64,000 nt of DNA, taken from NCBI GenBank assembly GCA_044236455.1, contig JBIIGJ010000006.1, forward strand, positions 2,546 through 66,545. Direction: 5' to 3'. Below the pieces are notes generated by a model. That model worked only from the letters and a program-made list of their open reading frames with translations. It did not search any database and was not told where the DNA came from. A program made the position numbers and the translations under genes. Below, in pieces: positions 29,617 through 36,742 of the stretch. Position 1 is the first letter of the stretch. The number at the start of each line of letters is the position of its first letter. This DNA is from Pirellulales bacterium. GTDB lineage: Bacteria; Planctomycetota; Planctomycetia; Pirellulales; UBA1268.

Positions 29617-30891
29617 CTAATAGGCCAGCCCCACGCGGAGCATCAGCGTGTCGTTCAGATTCTGATACTGTCCCTGCGGCGGTCCGTCCACGTAAAAGAG
29701 CTGCCGCGCGAAGACGTAACCCACCTCCATGTTGCCGGTCAGGCCGTGGCCGGCGACCGGCACGAACTCGGTGCCGAGCGTGATGCGGACGTCGTTGTAG
29801 TCGAAGGGGGAAATGGAGTCGCCGTTGGGGTTGTACGTGTTGCGGCGGAAGGTCCACGCGCCGCCGCCGTACTCGCCGGCCAGGTAGCCCCAGACGTTAC
29901 GTTTGCCCATCGTCGTGAGCCGCCGGGTGACCCGCGGTGTCGGGAAGAGAATGTCGTAGCGGGTGTCGGCGTCGGGGGTCCATGTCACGCCGAGCACCGG
30001 GAGCATCTTCACGAGGTTACGGTCGAGGTAGACGATGCCGGCCTTGCCCTGCACCGTGGGCGTGAGCTGGAGCGTGCCGACCGCGCGGCCCATGAGCCGC
30101 CAGCTCTGCCAGACGAAGACGTTCCAGTTGGTGAAGATGCCGACGCGGACGCCGAGTTCGGCACCGAAGAGCGGTGTGAACTGTGGGTTCCAGGCCGTGT
30201 CGACGAAGACATCGTAGGTGCTGGCCGGAAGGTCGGCGGTCATCGACGGTGTCGTCTGCGGTCCGTCCCATAACTGAAGGCCGAAGCCGGGCGTGATCAG
30301 CAGCGGCGCATGGTTGAGATTGGCCTGCGAGTTGTGGAAGAAGGGCACGGCGAACGTGGCCGTGGTGTCGAGCTCGTTGACGCCGACATTCGTGCCCTGC
30401 CCGTCCCCAAAGAGGTAGGCCCAGCTGCCACGGGCGCCCTGGTAGAGCCTCATCGTCTGCTGAAACGTGGAGTTCTGCGACGGATAGCCTGGCGGGAAGA
30501 GCGAGCCACTCATGTTCGGCGGGCCCTGCGCGGGGCTGAGGGACGGGGCGGCGGTCGAGTAGCCGGGATATCCGGGCGGGCCTCCGAGCGACGGCAGGCT
30601 GGTGGTGGGCGTGGGAAACACCTGCCCGGTCGGCGGCGCGGAGGGAATCCAGCTGGAGGGGGGCGCCTGTGCCAGACGGTCGAGCGAGGAGGGTGCGGCG
30701 GGCGGCAGCGCGACTGTCTGCGCAGCAGCAGGCCGACACCAGCACGCCGACGTGCCAGTCACCAGGAGCGTCAGAAAGAGAAGAAGCTTGGAGCGCACAG
30801 CCGAAGACACCCCGTGCGGGTTTTGCCGCCGGATCAGATCACACCACCATGCGTCAGCATGGCACCGGGGGGTACCGCGCTTGGACCGCAA
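29617..30891 (-). CDS. Putative outer-membrane beta-barrel protein, paralog of 28331-29455
   Basis: Shares IVYLDRN..KMLP..G.TWTPD.DTR..ILFP.PR and YLA.E.GG..W blocks with the neighbouring gene. C-terminus is LMLRVGLAY. The true start may be GTG 30810 or 30798, just before the signal peptide. Confidence 0.5.
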   Translation of the reverse strand: MRSKRGTPRCHADAWWCDLIRRQNPHGVSSAVRSKLLLFLTLLVTGTSACWCRPAAAQTVALPPAAPSSLDRLAQAPPSSWIPSAPPTGQVFPTPTTSLPSLGGPPGYPGYSTAAPSLSPAQGPPNMSGSLFPPGYPSQNSTFQQTMRLYQGARGSWAYLFGDGQGTNVGVNELDTTATFAVPFFHNSQANLNHAPLLITPGFGLQLWDGPQTTPSMTADLPASTYDVFVDTAWNPQFTPLFGAELGVRVGIFTNWNVFVWQSWRLMGRAVGTLQLTPTVQGKAGIVYLDRNLVKMLPVLGVTWTPDADTRYDILFPTPRVTRRLTTMGKRNVWGYLAGEYGGGAWTFRRNTYNPNGDSISPFDYNDVRITLGTEFVPVAGHGLTGNMEVGYVFARQLFYVDGPPQGQYQNLNDTLMLRVGLAY

Positions 30892-30983
30892 GGGTCAAGG
30901 CCGTAGCTGGCCTCCACCGGCCCGGAGGCACCGCCAGAGTGCCACACTTGCCCGAACTGCCGGGGCACCGTCTTCTATACAGC

Positions 30984-31805
30984 GTGCCGCCCTCCGAACC
31001 ATCGCCGTTGCCCCAGGCTGACCCGCTCGACCCGTCTGCGCTTGTGGATCGGGCCGGGCTGGCCACGTTCGAGCACCATGCCACGGTCAGCTCGACCATG
31101 GAGCGGGCCCGGGAAGTGGCGTTGCTGCCCAGCTGCCCGCTGCCGGCCGCCGTGGTCGCCGATCTGCAGTCGCTCGGTCGCGGCCAGCGCGGGGCTCGTT
31201 GGTGGCAGGCGCCCGGCAGTCTGGCGGTGAGCGTGGTGGTCGATGCCACGGCGATGTCCCAGGCAGCGCCGCCGGTGGTGTGGTCGCTGGCCTGTGGTGT
31301 GGCGCTGGCGGAGTCGGTGGCGGCGGTGGCACCCACGGTCGAGCCGCTCGTGCGGTGGCCCAACGATGTCGAAGTCGGTGGCCGCAAACTGGCCGGCATC
31401 CTGGTCGAGGCGGTCGCCGGTGGCCGCGCCATCTTTGGCATCGGGGTCAACACCACGGGCTCGTGTCGCGATGCGCCGCCGCCGCTGGACAAGAAGATCG
31501 TCACGCTTCCCGATCTGACCGGCCGCATGCTGCCACGGCAGCGACTGCTCGAGGAGTTTCTGCCACGGCTGTTCGGGTTGCTCGCGGCGACCGCCTGCGA
31601 TCCCGAGGCCTTTGTGGCCAGCTACCGGGCCCGGTGCGGCCTGGATGGCCACCCCGTCACGGTCTACCGCGGCGAGGAACGGCTCGCGGGCCTCTGCCGC
31701 GGCATCGCAGCCGACGGCACGCTCGTGCTCGACACGCCCGGCGGCCGCGTGCACGTGACCTCCGGCAGCCTCACCCATCCCTCCGACGTCTGGCGGGGAG
31801 AATGA
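30984..31805 (+). CDS. birA: Biotin--[acetyl-CoA-carboxylase] ligase
   Basis: GRGQRGARWW biotin loop and RWPNDVEVGGRKLAGILVE. The start is uncertain (GTG 30984 or 31044). The track start at 30669 would overlap the upstream gene by 220 nt. Confidence 0.8.
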   Translation: MPPSEPSPLPQADPLDPSALVDRAGLATFEHHATVSSTMERAREVALLPSCPLPAAVVADLQSLGRGQRGARWWQAPGSLAVSVVVDATAMSQAAPPVVWSLACGVALAESVAAVAPTVEPLVRWPNDVEVGGRKLAGILVEAVAGGRAIFGIGVNTTGSCRDAPPPLDKKIVTLPDLTGRMLPRQRLLEEFLPRLFGLLAATACDPEAFVASYRARCGLDGHPVTVYRGEERLAGLCRGIAADGTLVLDTPGGRVHVTSGSLTHPSDVWRGE

Positions 31806-31811
31806 CGGCTC

Positions 31812-32897
31812 TTAGGGGCGTCGCGCCCGCAGCGCCACCACGCAGACCTCGCGGCCGCCGGTGGAGACCTGCCGGGCCCGGGGCGCGAAGCCCCAGGAGC
31901 GGAATTGCTCGAGCCAGCCCGGCAGTTCGTCGGCCCGCGACCAGTCGGGCAGCTTGAGCGTGGCAATGATGCCCATGGGCTTCACGCCCGCGGCTGTCAC
32001 GATTCTGCCGATCGACTCCAGCGTGCTCTTCGGGTCGATGTTCATGTCGGCGACGATCCAGTCGCAACCACGGAAGTTTTTGACCTTCACGTCGCGGGCC
32101 CGCATCCGCCACTGTTCGAAGTCGGGGTGTGCCGCCACCCGCTCATCGACGACGGCCGGATCGATGCCGACAACCGTGAGACCGGACTCCAGCAGCCGCT
32201 GACACGCGCCCCCGGGCGAGGCGCCGAGTTCGACGGCCCGCTGGCCCTTCCGCAGGTCGATCCCAAACGTCGCGATCGCCTCGTCGAGCTTCAGCCACGC
32301 CCGCGAGACCTTGTCCTCGGGCAGTGCGACCGGGTGCATGCCTCCCGGCTGGCAGCTGGCAAGTGTGCCGGCACGATGCCAGCCCACCCACCAGCGGTCG
32401 GCCGCATCGATCAGGCAGTCGAGCACGAGGTCGCCCGGGCGGGCGGCCGCCGGAAGCGTGGCCGGCTTGCCAGAGGCCGCCAGCAGGGCTTCTCGGACTG
32501 CCTGTGGATCGACGTCCGCCTCCAGCCGCCGGTCGCGGTGCCAGACATGGATGTTGTCCCACGAGGCGTCGGGGGCGAGCATTCGCACCGCCTCGATCCG
32601 CTCTCGGTCGGACGTTCCCGACACCTGTCCGAGCGAGCGGATCACGGCCCGGGCATAGATCAGGTCGGGGAAAAAGTCGTCGGGTGGATCGAGGTCCCCC
32701 AGCCGGAACGTCACCACGCCCCGCCGCCAGGCTGCCTTCGCCACCTGGGGGAGGATCGCCTGCTGCCGCCGGCAGAGGCTCGCCTCCGCGCCCCCCTGGC
32801 AGGTCACCAGCAGAAAACTGCCCCGCGTGGCAGGGGCGGGAGTGGCCGCCGGGCAATCGCGGCGGGGGCTGACACTGGCAGGTGGGTGAAGAGGCAT
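31812..32897 (-). CDS. RlmM/FtsJ-like SAM-dependent RNA 2'-O-methyltransferase with THUMP-like N-domain
   Basis: VSRAWLKLDEA, SAM motif VELGASPGG, and WIVADMN. Confidence 0.7.
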   Translation of the reverse strand: MPLHPPASVSPRRDCPAATPAPATRGSFLLVTCQGGAEASLCRRQQAILPQVAKAAWRRGVVTFRLGDLDPPDDFFPDLIYARAVIRSLGQVSGTSDRERIEAVRMLAPDASWDNIHVWHRDRRLEADVDPQAVREALLAASGKPATLPAAARPGDLVLDCLIDAADRWWVGWHRAGTLASCQPGGMHPVALPEDKVSRAWLKLDEAIATFGIDLRKGQRAVELGASPGGACQRLLESGLTVVGIDPAVVDERVAAHPDFEQWRMRARDVKVKNFRGCDWIVADMNIDPKSTLESIGRIVTAAGVKPMGIIATLKLPDWSRADELPGWLEQFRSWGFAPRARQVSTGGREVCVVALRARRP

Positions 32898-32913
32898 GCG
32901 TTCAATCGTACAC

Positions 32914-32959
32914 CCAAAAAATCAGGCCGGCCCGGGCGCCCAAGGGCCCGGGCCGGCCT
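32914..32959 (-). terminator. Intrinsic terminator (14-bp GC stem followed by GATTTTTTGGG on the minus strand)
   Basis: AGGCCGGCCCGGGC (32924-32937) pairs with GCCCGGGCCGGCCT (32946-32959). A run of six U follows on the minus strand (32916-32921). Confidence 0.8.
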
Positions 32960-33057
32960 TTCTCGTCTGAACGCGGAAAAGGGACGGGAGCTGGCGGCGA
33001 AACAATCGTTTCGCCAAGGTTGAAAGAGGCCCCGAAAGGTCTCAATCAACCACCTGC

Positions 33058-33120
33058 TCAGCCGTGGCCCTTCTTCTTCTTGGCGACCTTCTTGGCAGCC
33101 TTCTTCTTCTTCTTCGCCAT
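33058..33120 (-). CDS. 20-aa lysine-rich micro-protein MAKKKKKAAKKVAKKKKGHG
   Basis: AAGGAG lies 8 nt upstream of the ATG. All 12 Lys codons are AAG and GC3 is 18/19, matching genome bias. A canonical terminator lies about 100 nt downstream. Confidence 0.55.
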   Translation of the reverse strand: MAKKKKKAAKKVAKKKKGHG

Positions 33121-33277
33121 TGTGATGGCTCCTTGCCATGAGCACCCGCACTGTTTCACGACCATTCCCCCGGGTGCTCTGGGGGAGGGAACGGTCGACG
33201 TTTTGCGTCGCATCGAAGTGAGCCAGGCACCGCCGTGAGGCACTGACTGGCAACGCTTCGTCGCGCTGCGCAGGGTG

Positions 33278-33345
33278 TTGTGAAGGATGACAGTGAAAAC
33301 TGTCAAGAGAAATCCGCAAAATTTTTTCGGATTTTTTATGAGGCG
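33278..33345 (-). promoter_or_regulatory. AT-rich island with TTGACA and overlapping GACAGT-gaaa-ACTGTC palindrome
   Basis: TTGACA lies on the minus strand at 33301-33306. The palindrome is at 33289-33304. There is a patch of about 25% GC at 33310-33340. The island sits about 170 nt upstream of the micro-ORF. The -10 element is poor (TCACAA). Confidence 0.3.
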
Positions 33346-33382
33346 GCCTCGGTGGGACGCCCGCCGACGCAGGTTGCTTGGG

Positions 33383-34618
33383 TTATGCGCTGCGGTGCGC
33401 GGTCGCGCGATCGGCTCCGCCGGCGCGGCTCGTTGCCCACGCCGTAAGCATGTCGAACTGCTTGGCAAAGTCTTGTTCGCCGACACCGAGCGGGCTCTTA
33501 AAGAAGCAGGCGAGGTGCTCCAGCACGCCGAATTCACCAGCACGGTTCGAGCGTTCCACCAGCCGGACGAGGTCGAGCACCAGCGGGGCCGCCAGGATCG
33601 AGTCGCAGCCCTGCCAGGTGAACTGCATGGTCATCGGCGTGCCGAGGAAGCCGCGGAAGTGGATGTGATCCCAGGCCGTCTTCCAGTCGCCGAGGCTCTT
33701 GATGTATTCGATCGAGACGTGGGTCTGCGGCGGGTAGCCGAGGATGGCGGCCAGGAGATGGTCCTTGCTCCGCACCTTGGCCTGCTTGTTCCGCGGGTCG
33801 TCGAGGACCTTGCCGTCCATGTTGCCGAAGATGTTGTGGCCGACCCAGCTCATCACCTCCAGGTTCCGGGCGGCGAACATCGGCGCCAGCACGCTCTTGA
33901 GGAGCGTCTCGCCGGTCTTGCCGTCGCAGCCGGTGTGGGCGATCCGCCGCTGGCGGGCCGCCTCCTGGAGCGCCTCCGGCGTGGAGCCCGTCGACGGCGT
34001 GAAGTTGATGTAGGACGCGCCCGCTTCGAACGCGGCCAGGGCATAGAGGCTGCTGGCCGGCAGCGGGCAGGCCCGTGGGTCGTCGAGCAGCGGCTCAAGT
34101 TCGGCGAATGACCGCGGGATCGGCAACGCCGCCGGCGGTTCGGTCGAGGCGACGTTGACGACGACAACGTGGCGAAGCCCGGCGGTCGCGGCGAAGGCCT
34201 CGATGTCGGCCCGCACACGATCGATCGCCTGCCGGGGCGTCTCCACGCGGGCCGCGATTGAGTCGTCGGCCAGTTCACGGATCTTGTCACCCGCCGCGAC
34301 GATCGTCCCCGGCCGGATGTGGGTTTCGGTCTCGGCAAAGAAGTCAGCCGCGCCGTCGAGCAGTTCTGGCATGATCGCGCGGCTGTCGGTCCACATGCGG
34401 CGGGCCTCGTCTGCCAGCCGGCCCGGCCGGATGTCGTGGCCCCCCACGACGATGTCGGCAAAGTCGATCAGGTCGAGCCGCGTGAAGGGATCCAGCGCGG
34501 TCACCAGGCCCACCGGCTCGATCGCGCCGCGGGCCAGGTTCGCCAGGCCCGTGATCACGGTGGTGGCCACGCCCCCCTTGGCCCCGATGAGCCACAGTCC
34601 GATACGGCTGCCAGGCAT
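33383..34618 (-). CDS. ino1: myo-Inositol-1-phosphate synthase family protein
   Basis: N-terminal Rossmann motif LIGAKGGVATT and GCDGKTGETLLKSVLAPMF...MSWVGHNIFGN; 411 aa. Confidence 0.65.
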   Translation of the reverse strand: MPGSRIGLWLIGAKGGVATTVITGLANLARGAIEPVGLVTALDPFTRLDLIDFADIVVGGHDIRPGRLADEARRMWTDSRAIMPELLDGAADFFAETETHIRPGTIVAAGDKIRELADDSIAARVETPRQAIDRVRADIEAFAATAGLRHVVVVNVASTEPPAALPIPRSFAELEPLLDDPRACPLPASSLYALAAFEAGASYINFTPSTGSTPEALQEAARQRRIAHTGCDGKTGETLLKSVLAPMFAARNLEVMSWVGHNIFGNMDGKVLDDPRNKQAKVRSKDHLLAAILGYPPQTHVSIEYIKSLGDWKTAWDHIHFRGFLGTPMTMQFTWQGCDSILAAPLVLDLVRLVERSNRAGEFGVLEHLACFFKSPLGVGEQDFAKQFDMLTAWATSRAGGADRATAHRSA

Positions 34619-34803
34619 GTGGAGTGCTTTCTAGAGAGTTGAGCGAGAGAGTGAAGAAGGAGGGAGGTTCAGATGAAAGGAGGACAGTCGCCAGGCACGT
34701 GGCGGGGAGCAGCGGTAAAACCGCTGGGAAACAGCCCGGCGGGTGGTATCATTCTGGGCACGCACCCACGCGTCAAGCAAACGAGGAGCCTACGAAAGGC
34801 CGC

Positions 34804-36012
34804 ATGAACACAAGAGAGTCTTCCAAGAGCCTGCATCTGGCCCAGCGCATGCGAGCGCTCGAGCCCTCCGCCACACTCGCCATGGCCGCCCGCGCCTCCG
34901 CGATGGCCGCCGCCGGCGTCAATGTCGTCGACCTCTCGGTCGGTGAGCCCGATTTCCCGACGCCGCCCCACATCTGTCAGGCCGCCGAGGCGGCGATCCG
35001 CTCCGGCAAGACGAAATACACCCCCGCGGCCGGCATCCCCGATCTCCGCAAGGCCGTGGCGGCCGACTACACCCGCCGCACGGGCCTGGCCGTGACGCCC
35101 GCACAGGTGGTGGTCTCCAATGGCGCGAAGCACTCGCTCCACAACGCCTTCACGGCGCTTCTCAACGAGGGGGACGAGGTGATCGTGCCGACGCCCTACT
35201 GGGTGAGCTACGCGGAGCTGATCAAGCTCGCGGGGGCGAAGCCCGTGCTCGTCTCCACGCGGATCGAGGACGACTTCAAGCTGCGGCCTGAGGCGCTGCG
35301 GGCGGCCATCACGCCTGCCACGCGGATGCTCCTGCTCTGCACGCCGAGCAACCCCACTGGCGTTGTCTACTCAGCCGACGAGCTCAAGGCCCTGGCCGAC
35401 ATCGCCATCGAGGCCGATCTGGCCGTCGTCTCCGACGAGATCTACGACCAGCTGGTGTTCGACGGCCAGAAGGCGGTGTCGTTTCCGACCCTGCGGCCGG
35501 GGCTCGAGCACCGCACGGTGGTCGTGGCGGGCGTGAGCAAGACCTATTCCATGACCGGCTGGCGAATCGGCTGGACGATCTGCCCGGAGCCGTTGGCCAA
35601 GGCGATCGGCAACCTGCAGAGCCAGGAGACGAGCAACCCATGCAGTGTCAGCCAGCATGCGGCGGTGGCGGCGCTCACCGGCCCGCAGGAGTGCGTGGCG
35701 GAGATGTGCCGGGCGTTTGAAAAGCGTCGTGATCTGGTGGCGGCCAGGCTCTCGGCCATTCCAGGCGTGCGGCTGCCGCGGATCGGCGGCGCGTTCTATG
35801 CGTTCTTCGACATCCAGCCGGCGCTGGCGAAGGGAAAGAGCGGCATCACCAATAGCATGCAGTGGTGCGAGGCGCTTCTGGAGCAGGAGCATGTGGCGCT
35901 CGTGGCTGGCAGCGCGTTTGGCGCCGAGGGCCACGTGCGGATGTCGTTCGCCGCGTCGGAAGAGAAGCTCACCGAGGGCCTCGACCGGATCGCCCGGTTT
36001 TTGGGCGCGTAG
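34804..36012 (+). CDS. Class I pyridoxal-phosphate aminotransferase (aspartate aminotransferase-like)
   Basis: Start at MNTRESS. GEPDFPTP motif and PLP-lysine motif SKTYSMTGWRIG. Confidence 0.85.
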   Translation: MNTRESSKSLHLAQRMRALEPSATLAMAARASAMAAAGVNVVDLSVGEPDFPTPPHICQAAEAAIRSGKTKYTPAAGIPDLRKAVAADYTRRTGLAVTPAQVVVSNGAKHSLHNAFTALLNEGDEVIVPTPYWVSYAELIKLAGAKPVLVSTRIEDDFKLRPEALRAAITPATRMLLLCTPSNPTGVVYSADELKALADIAIEADLAVVSDEIYDQLVFDGQKAVSFPTLRPGLEHRTVVVAGVSKTYSMTGWRIGWTICPEPLAKAIGNLQSQETSNPCSVSQHAAVAALTGPQECVAEMCRAFEKRRDLVAARLSAIPGVRLPRIGGAFYAFFDIQPALAKGKSGITNSMQWCEALLEQEHVALVAGSAFGAEGHVRMSFAASEEKLTEGLDRIARFLGA

Positions 36013-36030
36013 CACGAGCAGGAGTCGCGG

Positions 36031-36696
36031 GTGGAACAGCCGCGCCACGATACCGTGGGCATCGTGCTCGCCGGTGGCGGCTCCACGCGGCTGGCATCTG
36101 TCGCGGTAGCGGGCGGCGGCAAGGCGTCGCTCATGTTCCACGGGCAGACGTTTCTGGAACACGTCATCGCGGCGGTGGCGACCGAGGTGGATGACGTGAT
36201 CGTGGTCGCCGCGCCGGGGCAGACGTTGCCAGCCCTCGACGGCGCGAGCATCGTGCACGATCTCACGCCCGGGTCAGGTCCGCTGGCCGGCATCCGTGAC
36301 GGGCTGCTGGCCGCGCTGGCCGCTCGAGGGACCACCGCCCCACCACCCCGTTTCGCCGTCGTCGCCTCGTGCGACCTGCCGCTCTTGCGGCGGGAGGTCG
36401 TGGCGTTGCTTCTGCAGGTGGCAATGGAATCGGACTCGCTGTGGACCGTCCCCATCGTCCACGGCCATCGGCAGGTGCTCATGTCGGTGATACGTGTCGA
36501 GCTGCTTCCGCAGATCGAAGCCTGGCTGGCCACCGGCCGTCGCGATCTCCGCGGACTGGTCGCGGAACTGGCCCGCGATGATCCACGAAGCGTCCGCGAG
36601 GTGACCGAAGCGGAACTCGCCGCCGTCGACCCCGAGCGAGTGTCGTTCGTCGATATCGACACGCCGGACGACCTCGAGCGGCTGCAATCGCGGTGA
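36031..36696 (+). CDS. mobA: Molybdenum cofactor guanylyltransferase (MobA-like NTP transferase)
   Basis: IVLAGGGSTRL and LTPGSGPLAGI motifs; GTG start. Confidence 0.7.
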   Translation: MEQPRHDTVGIVLAGGGSTRLASVAVAGGGKASLMFHGQTFLEHVIAAVATEVDDVIVVAAPGQTLPALDGASIVHDLTPGSGPLAGIRDGLLAALAARGTTAPPPRFAVVASCDLPLLRREVVALLLQVAMESDSLWTVPIVHGHRQVLMSVIRVELLPQIEAWLATGRRDLRGLVAELARDDPRSVREVTEAELAAVDPERVSFVDIDTPDDLERLQSR

Positions 36697-36742
36697 TATT
36701 CGCCTTCGCGGGGGGGGCGGAGGCTTCTATACTCCGACCCCT

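Noticed and set aside
30669-30983. Track start (ATG 30669) for the birA ORF
   Set aside because: It would overlap the divergent beta-barrel gene by about 220 nt and add about 105 non-homologous residues. An in-frame GTG at 30984 or 31044 is more plausible.
33310-33339. Plus-strand terminator-like hairpin AAATCCG...CGGATTT followed by TTTTTAT
   Set aside because: It cannot be called a terminator for an annotated gene, because no plus-strand gene lies upstream (the nearest ends at 31805). The stem is only 7 AT-rich bp. It is kept only as part of the AT-rich island finding.
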